This document shows, in pieces, positions 45,891-57,441 of a stretch of DNA of 64,000 nt (position 1 is the stretch's first letter; each line of letters begins with the position of its first letter). This DNA is from an uncultured Verrucomicrobiota bacterium (GTDB lineage Bacteria; Verrucomicrobiota; Verrucomicrobiia; Limisphaerales; UBA9464): assembly GCA_903916195.1 (NCBI GenBank), contig CAIWVP010000111.1, positions 2,530-66,529 of the forward strand. Reading direction: 5' to 3'. Under the pieces are notes generated by a model. That model worked only from the letters and a program-made list of their open reading frames with translations, did not search any database and was not told the origin of the DNA. The position numbers and the translations under genes are program-made.

Positions 45891-47624
45891 TCACGGCAGC
45901 ACTTCGGCGCGCTTCTCGAGGAGCAGCTCCAGGACGGCCTGTTTCTCGTCGAGCAGGCCTTCTTCGGCGGCGCGGACGGCTTCGCAGAGATCGATCGCCT
46001 CACCGAGCCGGGCGACACTCACGTAATCGGCGCCGGCGGCGCGCAGCCGCGGCACGTCGGCGAGGATGTCCGCCGGCGCGATGATGCGGGCCTTCGGGTT
46101 CAGCTCGCGGAGCTGGCGGACCAGCTTCTCGTTGGTGATGCCTTTGAGCAGGGAATCCGGCACCGTGCAGATGAGCACCTCCGCCGAGGCGACGCCGGTG
46201 TGGATGAGCGTGTCGCGTTGGCTGATGTCGCCGTAGACGACCTTCACGCCGCGGCGCTTGAGCTCGGCGTGGACCAGAGGGTTGAAATCCACCACGGCCA
46301 CCTGGGGCAGAAGATCCGGGGCGTGGCGGGTCAGTTCCTCGAGCAACGAGCTCGCCGTTCGGAAGAAGCCGAGGATCAGGATGCGTCCGCTGTGGCCATG
46401 CCCGACGTGGGCCTCCGGGCCGTGAGGTCCCGGCGTGTCGTCGAGATCGGTAAGGCCCGCGCGCTTCAGCCACGGGATCAACCGTCGCACCAGCGGGTCC
46501 GACCGCGTCATGCCGAACGTGGACAGCACGGCCAGCCCGACGAAGGCGAGCGAGGCCGCGCCGGAGACGGCCGGGCCGACGTGCCTGGATTTCACGCCCA
46601 GCTCGATCACCACGAGCGAGAACTCGCTGATCTGGCACAGGTAGACTGCCGGCAGCAGGCTCAGGCGCAATCCCGACGCCATGCGGTACAACGGCGTGAA
46701 GGTCGTCACCGACCGGCTCGCGACCGTGAACACCGCCAGCCCGGCTGCGAGCACCACCATCGCTCCGGTCGGGACCGGGATCTTCAGGCCGAGCCCGACG
46801 AAGAAGAGCGTGACGAAGAAATCGCGCAGGCTGGTGACCTTCGCGGTGACGTCGAGCGCGTAGGGGAACGTGGACAGCGCCACGCCCGCGATGAGCGCGC
46901 CCATCTCGCGCGAGAGCGACAGCCGTGCCGCCAGCTCGCCGACGAGGAAGCACCAGGCGATGGCGCCGACGAGCACGAGTTCCGGCAGGCGGGCCACCTT
47001 ATGGAAGAGCGGCGGGAGGACGTAGCGGCTCGCCGCCATCGCCGCCGCGATGAGCAACACCACGCGGAGGAACGAGAGGCCGAGCACCGAGAGCGCGAAC
47101 TGATCCAGGCTCGGCTGCACCGCCAGGAAAAGAATCGCGAAGAGATCCTGCAACACCAGCACGCCCAGGGTGATCCGGCCGGCGAGCGTGTCCAGCTCGC
47201 GCCGGTCGTAGAGCACCTTGACGATGATCACCGTGCTGCTCAGCGCCGCCGCGACCGCGAGATACAGGGCGTCCCAACCCTTGCCGCCGCCGAGCGGGAA
47301 CCCGCACAGGCCGAACACCGCCACGCCCAGCAGGCATCCGCCCACGATCTGGACGAGCGCGGTGACGGTGATGGACCTGCCGGCGGCGACGATCTTCTTC
47401 AGGTCGATCTCCAGCCCGATCATGAAGAGCAGGAAGATCAGGCCCAGTTCCGCGATGGTGTCGATCGCCTCGGCGTCGTGGACCCATCGGAGACAGGCCG
47501 GCCCGAGCAGGAAACCGCCGACCAGATAGGCCAGCAACGCGGGTTGGCGCAGCCATTGGGCGACGACCCCGAGCAGCCAGGCGGCGCCGATGCAGAGGGC
47601 GATGTCGCGGATGAGTTCGTGCAT
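45891..47624 (-). CDS. Kef-type cation:proton antiporter (CPA2) with C-terminal RCK/TrkA-N domain
   Basis: About 12 TM helices from MHELIRDIALCIGAAWLLG, followed by a GRILILGFFRTASSL Rossmann-like RCK domain. Only the 3' part of the 1121-aa track ORF is used. Confidence 0.85.
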   Translation of the reverse strand: MHELIRDIALCIGAAWLLGVVAQWLRQPALLAYLVGGFLLGPACLRWVHDAEAIDTIAELGLIFLLFMIGLEIDLKKIVAAGRSITVTALVQIVGGCLLGVAVFGLCGFPLGGGKGWDALYLAVAAALSSTVIIVKVLYDRRELDTLAGRITLGVLVLQDLFAILFLAVQPSLDQFALSVLGLSFLRVVLLIAAAMAASRYVLPPLFHKVARLPELVLVGAIAWCFLVGELAARLSLSREMGALIAGVALSTFPYALDVTAKVTSLRDFFVTLFFVGLGLKIPVPTGAMVVLAAGLAVFTVASRSVTTFTPLYRMASGLRLSLLPAVYLCQISEFSLVVIELGVKSRHVGPAVSGAASLAFVGLAVLSTFGMTRSDPLVRRLIPWLKRAGLTDLDDTPGPHGPEAHVGHGHSGRILILGFFRTASSLLEELTRHAPDLLPQVAVVDFNPLVHAELKRRGVKVVYGDISQRDTLIHTGVASAEVLICTVPDSLLKGITNEKLVRQLRELNPKARIIAPADILADVPRLRAAGADYVSVARLGEAIDLCEAVRAAEEGLLDEKQAVLELLLEKRAEVLP

Positions 47625-47864
47625 GGTGCGTGTCGGACCCGGGGATCTTGCCGCAACCGCCGCCGGACGTCCAACCCCGCCGCGGCCGGGGGCTTCCCGG
47701 GCCGCTCGTCGCATTCGTGGCCCGAGTGCTCCCGCGTCCCGTCGCGCGGGTCGGCGGTAGCGGCCTGCGTCGAGGTGTCCCGTCGACGTGCGTCCCTCCG
47801 GGGCCGAAACTTTTCCTTTGTCTGCCCGGCGACCGTCCGGCACAACAGCCGTCTTTAAGAGATC

Positions 47865-49082
47865 ATGGCGCTCATCGTCCAAAAGTACGGCGGCACGTCC
47901 GTCGGCAACCCGGAACGGATCAAGAACGTCGCCCGTCGCGTCGCGAAGCAACGGGCGCAGGGCGACCAGGTCGTCGTCGTCGTCTCCGCGATGAGCGGCG
48001 TCACCGACGGCTTGATCAAGCTCTCCAAGGAGATCACCGCGCTGCCCAGCGAGCGCGAGATGGACATGCTGCTCGCCACGGGCGAGCAGCAGACCATCGC
48101 CCTCACCGCCATCGCGCTGCACGCGCTGGACGTGCCGGCCGTCTCGCTCACCGGCGCCCAGGCGGGCATCGTGACGGACGGCGTCCACACCAAGGCGAAG
48201 ATCCGCAACATCACGCCGCAGCAGGTCCACCAACTGCTCGACGCCGGCAACGTCGTGATCGTCGCCGGCTTCCAGGGCGAGACCTCCGAGGGCCAGATCA
48301 CCACGCTCGGCCGGGGCGGCAGCGACCTCACCGCCATCGCCCTCGCCGCCGCGCTCAAGGCCGACCTCTGCCAGATCTTCACCGACGTCGACGGCGTGTA
48401 CACCGCCGATCCGCGGCTCGTGCCCGGCGCCCGCAAGCTCCCGGAGATCGCCTACGACGAGATGCTCGAGCTCGCCGGCAGCGGCGCGAAGGTCATGCAG
48501 CTCCGATCGGTCGAGTTCGCCAAGAAATTCGACGTCGTCTTCGAAGTCCGCTCCAGTCTCAACGACAATCCCGGCACTCTCGTGAAAGAAGAAACCAGCA
48601 GCATGGAGGACGTCGTCGTCCGCGGCGTGTCCCTCGACAAGAACCAGGCGAAGGTCACCCTCTTCGGTGTCCCCGACCAACCCGGCCGGGCCGCGCGGAT
48701 CTTCCGTGCCCTCAGCGACGCCACCATCAACGTCGACATGATCGTCCAGAACGTCAGCCACGACGGCGGCGGGCGGGCGACCGACCTCAGCTTCACGGTG
48801 GACAAACCCGACCTGCTCAAGGCCACCCACGTCATCGATGGGTTGAAGCCCGGGGTCGGTTTCAAGGAGGCCGTCGCCGACGAGCAGATCGCCAAGCTCT
48901 CCATCGTCGGCGTCGGCATGCGCAGCCACAGCGGCGTCGCGGCGAAGATGTTCGACGTGCTCGCGCACGAGCAGGTGAACATCGCCATGATCTCCACCAG
49001 CGAGATCAAGATCTCGGTGGTCATCCAGCTCTCCCAGGGCGAACAGGCCCTGCGGGCCCTGCACACGGCCTTCATCGGTTGA
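47865..49082 (+). CDS. lysC: Aspartate kinase
   Basis: MALIVQKYGGTSVG, VVVVSAMSGVTD and two C-terminal ACT domains. Confidence 0.92.
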   Translation: MALIVQKYGGTSVGNPERIKNVARRVAKQRAQGDQVVVVVSAMSGVTDGLIKLSKEITALPSEREMDMLLATGEQQTIALTAIALHALDVPAVSLTGAQAGIVTDGVHTKAKIRNITPQQVHQLLDAGNVVIVAGFQGETSEGQITTLGRGGSDLTAIALAAALKADLCQIFTDVDGVYTADPRLVPGARKLPEIAYDEMLELAGSGAKVMQLRSVEFAKKFDVVFEVRSSLNDNPGTLVKEETSSMEDVVVRGVSLDKNQAKVTLFGVPDQPGRAARIFRALSDATINVDMIVQNVSHDGGGRATDLSFTVDKPDLLKATHVIDGLKPGVGFKEAVADEQIAKLSIVGVGMRSHSGVAAKMFDVLAHEQVNIAMISTSEIKISVVIQLSQGEQALRALHTAFIG

Positions 49083-49092
49083 GCCCCCGGCC

Positions 49093-49506
49093 ATGAGGAC
49101 ACCGGAGCGCGCGCTGGCCTGGCTGCTCCGGGCCGTCGGCACGCTCGACCTCTGCGCCCTCGTCGCGGTGCTCATGCCGCGGGATTGGCACGCCCGGGCC
49201 CACTCGCTCGCCGGGCTCGGGGCCATCCCGGACGCGCCGATCGTGTCGTACCTCACGCGGTCCGCCTCATCGCTCTACGCGCTCTACGGCGCGCTGCTCC
49301 TCTACCTCGCGTCCGACGTGGTCCGGTACCTGGGAGTGGTCCGCTTCCTCGCGCTGGTAGCGCAGGCGCACGCGCTGGTGCTCGTCGCCATCGATCTCGA
49401 CGCCGGTCTGCCGCCGTGGTGGATCGCCGCGGAGGGCTCGGTCTATCTCGGTTGGTCCGGCACGGTGCTCTGGCTGGTCCGACGGACCGCCCGCGCAAAC
49501 GGCTGA
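49093..49506 (+). CDS. Hypothetical small membrane protein
   Basis: Four hydrophobic segments and high GC3. It starts 10 nt after lysC. I recognise no family. Confidence 0.45.
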   Translation: MRTPERALAWLLRAVGTLDLCALVAVLMPRDWHARAHSLAGLGAIPDAPIVSYLTRSASSLYALYGALLLYLASDVVRYLGVVRFLALVAQAHALVLVAIDLDAGLPPWWIAAEGSVYLGWSGTVLWLVRRTARANG

Positions 49507-49546
49507 GGCCGGGGCGCCCGATCTTGGCCGGAAACGCCTGGTCGTC

Positions 49547-49855
49547 TTACTTCCCTGCTTTGTTGCTGCGGTGTTGGCCGCCTCGTTCCGCCGGCTTGGC
49601 GGAGGCGCGGGGCGCCGAGACGCGAGGGGCTTCCTTCCGGATTTCGGTGCGGCCCGCCTTGCCGCTGGCGGCGCGCGCATCGGGATGTTCCTTGGCTGCG
49701 AGCGGGTGCTTCTTCCCGACGACCGGAGGCAACGCAGTGCTCGCGGCGGCGGCGGTGTCGGGCCGGACCGGGATGACGACGAGGCCGGGTTTCGGGGCGG
49801 GGGAGGTTTTTGCTTTCACGACCGCACCGTCCCTCTTCGCGATGGGCTTAGCCAT
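49547..49855 (-). CDS. Possible small basic Lys/Ala/Pro-rich protein (histone H1-like composition)
   Basis: A 102-aa ORF (MAKPIAKRDGAVVKAKTSPAPKPG...) fills an otherwise empty gap between convergent/divergent genes. Its third-position GC is high. Only the terminal segment of the 725-aa antisense track ORF is used. Confidence 0.35.
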   Translation of the reverse strand: MAKPIAKRDGAVVKAKTSPAPKPGLVVIPVRPDTAAAASTALPPVVGKKHPLAAKEHPDARAASGKAGRTEIRKEAPRVSAPRASAKPAERGGQHRSNKAGK

Positions 49856-49972
49856 CCGTAGTTTGCCGGATGCCGACCGGACCTTGGCGGTGCGTGGCGA
49901 ACGTCGGACGTCGGCCCCGGCAGGCCATACTCGGAGCTCGGAACCACGGATCCCGCCTGATAGACCCGCCGC

Positions 49973-51679
<1,707 letters not shown>

Positions 51680-51776
51680 GGTGCCATCGGCACGGCAATA
51701 GACGGAGGATGTCCAGCAAACCACGCGGTGCCCGGCTGCTTATGGCGTGTTCCAGTGGCATCGCTGGAGCAAAGCC

Positions 51777-52040
51777 ATGAAAATATCTCGTCTCCTCGGA
51801 TCCCCTTCCTGCCGTTTGATCGGCACGATCCTGCCCGCCCTCCGGGTCGCCGCGGACCTGCATTTCGAGGCGGACGTGACCGCTTCATCGGGCCGCACGC
51901 TCACGCTCGAGGCCACCTCCGACCATGGGGTCTGGGCTCCGGTGGGGAAGGCCACCGTGCCGGCCTCCGGCAAGGCGACCCTCCGCGACCCGCGCGCGGC
52001 CACGGCGATGTTCCAGGCCTACCGGGTGAGATCGGAGTAG
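51777..52040 (+). CDS. Small hypothetical secreted protein consisting mainly of the recurring C-terminal module
   Basis: The 87-aa sequence is MKISRLLGSPSCRLIGTILPALRVAA...LTLEATSDHGVWAPVG...MFQAYRVRSE. Its pattern resembles the tails of three other CDSs in the window. Confidence 0.4.
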   Translation: MKISRLLGSPSCRLIGTILPALRVAADLHFEADVTASSGRTLTLEATSDHGVWAPVGKATVPASGKATLRDPRAATAMFQAYRVRSE

Positions 52041-52042
52041 CC

Positions 52043-52114
52043 GGCGGTGGCTACCCGGCCGCGCTGCGGGACCGGACGGCCCACGTGTGGATCGGCGCGA
52101 GCGGATCGCGAAAA
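52043..52114 (+). pseudogene. Relic duplicate of the ggt 3' end
   Basis: The translation GGGYPAALRDRTAHVWIGASGSRK compares with the ggt C-terminus FGGYQAVMWDRTNRVWIGASESRK (51584-51655). Manual codon alignment gives 57 of 72 nt identical. Confidence 0.5.
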
Positions 52115-52295
52115 TCCGTTCGACGCCGTGCCGATCGCGACCGGGATCCACCGGTGTCCCGACGTCCCGACACGGACCGTGTGACGTCGGCGCAGTTTCA
52201 CTGAAGTAGGTTTTGCCAACGCACCGCGGTCCGGCACTGTCCGCCGATCTGCGGTCCGTCCGGATGACCTGGACGCCCGTGATGCTCCCCCGCTT

Positions 52296-52724
52296 ATGGA
52301 AACCACGATCGAACTCGGCACCACCCGCACCGGCAGCTCGTTCCTGCCGAAGCTCCATGAACTCTGCGCCGCGCTGGTCGCGCAGCCCGAGTTCATCTCC
52401 ATCCGCGACCGCATCGAGACCTTCGGCCGCGACGAGGCGGCCCGCACGCAGCTCGCCGCGCTGAACGAGCAGGCCGGTCTGCTCCAGCAGAAGCAGCAGA
52501 TGGGCATGGCGCTCGACGACGCGGAGATCGCGGGCTTCGAGAAGCTCCGCGAAGGCTTCGTCGCCAACCCGATCGCCCAGGCGTTCCTCGCCGCGCAGGA
52601 AGAGATGCAGGGGTTGCGCGACACCATCAACGACCACGTCGGCAAGACCTTCGAGCTCGGCCGCGTGCCGAAGGCGTCCGATTTCGCCGGTTCGTGCGGC
52701 ACGGGTTGCGGCTGCGAGAACTGA
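52296..52724 (+). CDS. YlbF/YmcA-like helical protein with C-terminal Cys cluster
   Basis: It is an all-helical 142-aa protein (FISIRDRIETF...AQAFLAAQEEMQGLRDTINDHV) ending in GSCGTGCGCEN. The family assignment is from memory of the pattern only. Confidence 0.5.
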   Translation: METTIELGTTRTGSSFLPKLHELCAALVAQPEFISIRDRIETFGRDEAARTQLAALNEQAGLLQQKQQMGMALDDAEIAGFEKLREGFVANPIAQAFLAAQEEMQGLRDTINDHVGKTFELGRVPKASDFAGSCGTGCGCEN

Positions 52725-52888
52725 GCGCCGGTCCGGAGCGGCGGGATGCTCGGGCAACCCCTTCCGCGTTCCGGATCCCCCCGCTCGGCGTCCTCGGGGG
52801 CGCGCGATCAAGCCAGCCCGGCTCCTTACCTATCGGACGTCCGTGGAACGGATGCCGACGGCCCGCGCCGCCCCTTTGCCCACACTCC

Positions 52889-53848
52889 TCAGGAGGCGGC
52901 TCGGGCAGGGAACCCGGGCTGGGTTGGATCAACCTGACGGTCCTCCGGCCGTTCGGCCGAGGGTTCGCGGAACCAATCCACGAACAGTTCTTCGAGCGTC
53001 AGGGGGAAGACGTTCACCCGGACCCCGGGGAGGGCGCGCACGCCGGCGAGCTGCGCGTCGTCCGCGATCCGGGCGAGCGCGGTCACCACGGGGCCGAGGG
53101 TCTGCGACTTGAGCGCTCCGGGGATGGTGAAGTCCCGTGGCGCCTCCTCCTCCGCGAAGACCACCTGCACGCGGCGCATCGTGCGCTGCCAATCCTCGAC
53201 CGCGCCTTCGGCGACGATCCGGCCGTGGTCCATGATGCCCACCTGCGTCGCGAGGCGTTCCAGGTCGCCGAGCAGGTGGGTCGAGAGAAGGATCGTGCAG
53301 CCGTCGCCGCGGAGCAGGACGTCGATGAGGCAGGAGTTGAGCTCGCGGCGGGCGATGGGGTCGAGACCGGCCGCGGGTTCGTCGAGCAGCAGGACCTCCG
53401 GGCGCGACGCCATCGCCAAGGCGAGCGCCGCGAGACGTTGGTTGCCTCCGGAGAGCCGTGCGATGGGGACGTCCATCGGGAGTTCCCATCGCGCGGCGTG
53501 CTCCTTGAGCAGGGCGGAGTCCCAGGTCTCGTAGAAATCGCCGGTGTAGCGGCCGAGGTCGGAGAGGCTCATCCAATCGGGCACCTGCTGCCCCTGCGAG
53601 ACATAGGCGACGCGTTGGCGATGCCCGCGGGGAGCGTCCCAGAGCGACCGGCCGAGCACGCGGACCTCGCCGGAATCGGCCCGGAGCAGGCCCATGAGCA
53701 GTTTGAGCGCGGTGGTCTTGCCGGCGCCGTTGCGGCCGATGAGCCCGTAGACCTCGCCGGGCAGGACCTGCAGGTCGAAGCCGTTCACCGCCACCGCGCC
53801 GGTCCGGAAGGTCTTCCGGAGCCGACGGGCATGGATGGCCGGTCCCAT
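52889..53848 (-). CDS. ABC transporter ATP-binding protein (ABC-2/YtrB-like) with C-terminal extension
   Basis: Walker A GRNGAGKTT, signature LSGGNQRL and Walker B LLLLDEPAAGLD are present. About 90 extra C-terminal aa follow. Confidence 0.85.
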   Translation of the reverse strand: MGPAIHARRLRKTFRTGAVAVNGFDLQVLPGEVYGLIGRNGAGKTTALKLLMGLLRADSGEVRVLGRSLWDAPRGHRQRVAYVSQGQQVPDWMSLSDLGRYTGDFYETWDSALLKEHAARWELPMDVPIARLSGGNQRLAALALAMASRPEVLLLDEPAAGLDPIARRELNSCLIDVLLRGDGCTILLSTHLLGDLERLATQVGIMDHGRIVAEGAVEDWQRTMRRVQVVFAEEEAPRDFTIPGALKSQTLGPVVTALARIADDAQLAGVRALPGVRVNVFPLTLEELFVDWFREPSAERPEDRQVDPTQPGFPARAAS

Positions 53849-53864
53849 AAGATCTTTCGGGGCG

Positions 53865-54311
53865 TCAGCGCCCGCCGTTCATGACCGCGAACTTCACCGG
53901 GGCCTCGTCGGTCGCGCGGTCGTTGGAGAGCGCGCCGAGCTCCTCGCGCACGACGTCGATGACCTTGGGCGTGGACATGTGCAGCTGGGTGGCCTCGACG
54001 GCGAGCTGCTTGGCGGCCCGGCGCAACGCGTCCTCCTGCTCGGCGGTCGTGAGCGCCTGGGCGTTGGCCGCGATGAAGGCGCCTTTGCCGTGGCGCTTCT
54101 CGACGAAGCCGGCGCGCTCCAGCTCGGTGTAGGCCTTCACCACCGTGGTCGGGTTCACGCCCAAGGCCGCTGCCAGCTCGCGGATGGACGGGATCTGGTC
54201 GCCCGGACGCAAGGTGCCGCCGGCGACGTAGTAGATGAACTGGTCCATCATCTGCCGGTAGACCGGCACACCGGAACGGTCGTCGATCTGGAGATGCAGT
54301 TTGGGAGCCAT
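53865..54311 (-). CDS. GntR family transcriptional regulator (YtrA-like short subfamily)
   Basis: The winged HTH is PGDQIPSIRELAAALGVNPTTVVKAYTELERAGFVEKRHGKGAFI. It has a short C-terminal helical tail and lies 16 nt upstream of the ABC ATPase. Confidence 0.85.
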   Translation of the reverse strand: MAPKLHLQIDDRSGVPVYRQMMDQFIYYVAGGTLRPGDQIPSIRELAAALGVNPTTVVKAYTELERAGFVEKRHGKGAFIAANAQALTTAEQEDALRRAAKQLAVEATQLHMSTPKVIDVVREELGALSNDRATDEAPVKFAVMNGGR

Positions 54312-54534
54312 GAGGAATCAGTTTACGACTGTTTGATGACAGCCACACACACGGTGGTCAACGGTGATTTCTTCGGATCGGCTGACCGGATCGCGGAGAA
54401 ACGTACTCGAGTCTTGCTGCTGACGGGGCTAGCGAGAGATCGAACCCCATCGGACGGCGTGCGCGGCAGGCGATCGGGTGGGGCGCGCCTCGGCCGCCGT
54501 CATCGCCGTCCCGGATCACGCCGGCGGGTCACGG

Positions 54535-56226
54535 TCACATCCGGCCGTGGCGCAGGATGGAGATGAGCAGCCCGAAGCCCATCAGGCCCGCGAAGAGATA
54601 GCCCACCAGACCGAGCGCCGAGATCCCGTGCCAGACCGGTGGCACGCGCGCGTGGATCACCACCGACGACGCGATGATCAGCGCCGCCAGCACCAGCGCG
54701 AACGAGAGCCGGTTGCTCGCGCGGTCCAGGGTGGCGTCGAGCGGTTCGAGGCCTTCGTGGCGGAAGGTGACCTTGGACTTGCCGCCCTTCACCTGCGCCA
54801 GCAGCCGGCGGAACTCCAGCGGCACCTCCCGCAGGAACGTCGCCGCGTCCCCGCCGAAGCTCAGCATCTCGCGCAACATCCGACGCGGCGCCACGCGGTC
54901 CATCCGCACCTGCTTCATGAACGGCTTCGCCTGCGCGATGAGGTCGTGCTCCGGATCGAGCCGGCCCACGAGGTCCTCCATCAGCCCCAGCGCCTTCAAC
55001 ATCGTGGACATGTCCGGCGGCATGGTCAGCGAATGCCGGGTCGTCAGGTGGAAGAGGTGGTTCACCAGCTTGCCGAAGACCATCTCGCCCATCGTGAGGT
55101 AAAAGTGCTGGTGCATGAACTCCGCGACGTCCGCCTCCAGCCCGGGTCGCGGCGGATCCAGTTCGGCGCCGGCGAGCTTCAGCAGCGCCGCGGTCACGTC
55201 CCCTTCGCGACGCTGGGCGATGCCGATCACCAGGTCCGCGAACGTCTCCCGCGAACGCCGGTCCAGATAACCCATCATCCCGAAATCGAGGAAGCACACC
55301 ACGTTGCCCGGCAGGATGTGGATGTTCCCCGGATGCGGATCCGCGTGGAAGAACCCGTGCAGGAACACCTGCCGCATCACCAGGTCGGCGATGCGCTTGG
55401 CGATCACCCGGCGGTCGAGGTCCGCGGCGTCCAGCGCGTCGAGGCGCGACGCCTTGATGGCCTGGATGTGCTCCATGGTGAGCAGGCGCAACGTGCTGGT
55501 CTCGCGGTACAGCACCGGGACGTGGACCGTCGGTTCGCCGGCGAACTGGTGGGCGAACCGCTCCAGGTGGGCCGCCTCCGCTCCGAAATCGAGCTCCTGC
55601 TCCATCCGCCGGGCGAACTCCGCGACGATCGCCGTCGGCCGATGGACCGACCAGCCTTCCGCGTGCCGCTCGAGCAGCGCCGCGAGCTGTGCCATCAGCT
55701 GGAGGTCCGTGCGGACGATCTCCGCGATGCCCGGTCGCTGCACCTTCAGCACCACCGCCTCGCCGGTCAGCAGCCTCGCGGCGTGGACCTGCGCGATGGA
55801 CGCAGCGCCGAGAGGGATGGTGTCGATGTCCGCGAAGCACGTTGCGAGCGGACGCCCCAGCTCGGATTCGATGACCTTGCGGATCGCCTCGAAGGGCAGC
55901 GGAGGCACGGAATCCTGGAGCTTCTTCAGCTCGTCGGTGAACTCGCGCGGCAGCAGATGCGTCCGCGACGAGAGCAGTTGGCCCAGCTTCACGAACGTCG
56001 GCCCGAGCTCCTCGAAGGCGCGCCGCAGCTTCTCCGGCTGCGAGAGGGCGGCGATGGCCTCTTGGTCCTCGCGCGTCTTGCGGAAGCCCCAGCGCAGCGC
56101 GCTCGGCAACGGCAGCCGGCGCGCGAGGTCCTCGTACCCGTAGCGCAGGAACACGCCGACGATGGTGCGATACCGCTGCGCTTGGCCGACGGCGCGCCCG
56201 AGGTCTCTGAAGCGGTCGATGATCAT
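54535..56226 (-). CDS. ABC1/UbiB (AarF) atypical kinase family protein with C-terminal TM helices
   Basis: LGPTFVKLGQLLSSR, AASIAQVHAA and the FHADPHPGN motif are present, with two C-terminal hydrophobic helices. The start is at the ATG at 56226 (MIIDRF). Confidence 0.85.
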   Translation of the reverse strand: MIIDRFRDLGRAVGQAQRYRTIVGVFLRYGYEDLARRLPLPSALRWGFRKTREDQEAIAALSQPEKLRRAFEELGPTFVKLGQLLSSRTHLLPREFTDELKKLQDSVPPLPFEAIRKVIESELGRPLATCFADIDTIPLGAASIAQVHAARLLTGEAVVLKVQRPGIAEIVRTDLQLMAQLAALLERHAEGWSVHRPTAIVAEFARRMEQELDFGAEAAHLERFAHQFAGEPTVHVPVLYRETSTLRLLTMEHIQAIKASRLDALDAADLDRRVIAKRIADLVMRQVFLHGFFHADPHPGNIHILPGNVVCFLDFGMMGYLDRRSRETFADLVIGIAQRREGDVTAALLKLAGAELDPPRPGLEADVAEFMHQHFYLTMGEMVFGKLVNHLFHLTTRHSLTMPPDMSTMLKALGLMEDLVGRLDPEHDLIAQAKPFMKQVRMDRVAPRRMLREMLSFGGDAATFLREVPLEFRRLLAQVKGGKSKVTFRHEGLEPLDATLDRASNRLSFALVLAALIIASSVVIHARVPPVWHGISALGLVGYLFAGLMGFGLLISILRHGRM

Positions 56227-56666
56227 GAGGTCAGGTCGCCGAAGCGCGAGCCGCCGCCGGGGTCCGGACCCGAGATAGCCGGGCTCCGATCGGTCGTCCC
56301 TGCTGTGGCATACCTCCCCAGCGTCGTCGTCGCGGAGTGGATCGGCAATGCCACGCATCGGAGCGAGGGCGGGGGGCGGTCGGCCCCGACTGCAGCGACC
56401 CGGATCGCCCTGACGGGCCCGGAGCCAGCAGCCTTGCCGGGGGGGTGCAACCCCGGCGGGGTTGGAGGGAACGATGAGACGCGCGCCCCGGGGCGGCTCG
56501 TGCCGCGCGCCCCCGGTCCGGAGGATGCGATTCCGTCCGGATCGGACGAGCCGGAGTCATCGGGCGGCCTCCGGTCCGGTTTCTGGCGTCGCCGACATTT
56601 CACCGACTGGCGCTTGTCCAAAGGCGCGGTTCGTTGGAACGTCCGGACCGGAAGCGGTTCTCAGCC

Positions 56667-57425
56667 ATGTTCCAAAATTTCGGAGAGATGCTGCTGTTGT
56701 TCGTCGCCGTCGGGCGGGCGCTCCCCCGCGTTTGGCGGGAACGGCGCAAGGTCGCGGAGCAGCTCTTCGACATCGGCAACGCCAGCCTCTTCATGGCCTG
56801 CACGCTCTCGCTGTTCATCGGCGGCGTGCTCGCGCTCCAGACCGGTCCGGTGCTGGTCGAGCGCGGTCTCGGCTCCGCTCTCGGCGGGTTGGTGGCGCTC
56901 GGTCTCTGCAAGGAGCTCGCGCCGGTGATGATGGCCGTGCTCATCGCCGGTCGTATCGGCTCGGCGATGGCCGCGGAGCTGGGCTCGATGCGCGTGTACC
57001 AGGAGATCGATGCGCTGCGCACGCTGAACATCAACCCGGTCCATTACCTTGTCCTCCCGCGCGTCGTGGCCATCAGCCTCGCGCTGCCGTGCCTGGTGGT
57101 ATTCGCCAATCTCGTGGGCTGGCTGGGCGGCGCGATCGTGTCGTTGCTCAACGACCGTATCGCCGTGTCGTGGTCGGGGTATTTCGGGAACATCCGCGAG
57201 ACGGTCGATTTCTCGGACGTCGCGAACGGCTTGGTGAAGTCGTTCGTGTTCGCGGTGGTGATCGGGGTGGTCTCCTGCCACCAAGGTCTCACGACGTTGG
57301 GTGGCCCGCGCGGTGTCGGACGCAGCGTCACCAAGGCGGTGGTGAACTCGCTCGTGCTCATCTTGCTGCTCGACTACGTGCTCACCCGCATGCTGCTGCC
57401 GTTCGACAAGGGCTGGCGTTTCTGA
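56667..57425 (+). CDS. mlaE: MlaE-family ABC permease (lipid asymmetry/retrograde lipid transport)
   Basis: The polytopic sequence has the conserved blocks [34 protein letters not shown] and [15 protein letters not shown]. Confidence 0.85.
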   Translation: [252 protein letters not shown]

Positions 57426-57441
57426 AGGACCGACCCTGCGT

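Noticed and set aside
47625-47864. Lysine (L-box) riboswitch in the 240-nt leader of lysC
   Set aside because: I could not recognise the conserved L-box helices or core motifs. The region is also the divergent promoter for the kef gene. It would need a covariance-model scan to settle.
45891-49256. 1121-aa minus-strand ORF spanning the kef and lysC regions
   Set aside because: The part upstream of 47624 is antisense to aspartate kinase, which has unmistakable motifs on the plus strand. The antiporter starts at MHELIRD (47624).
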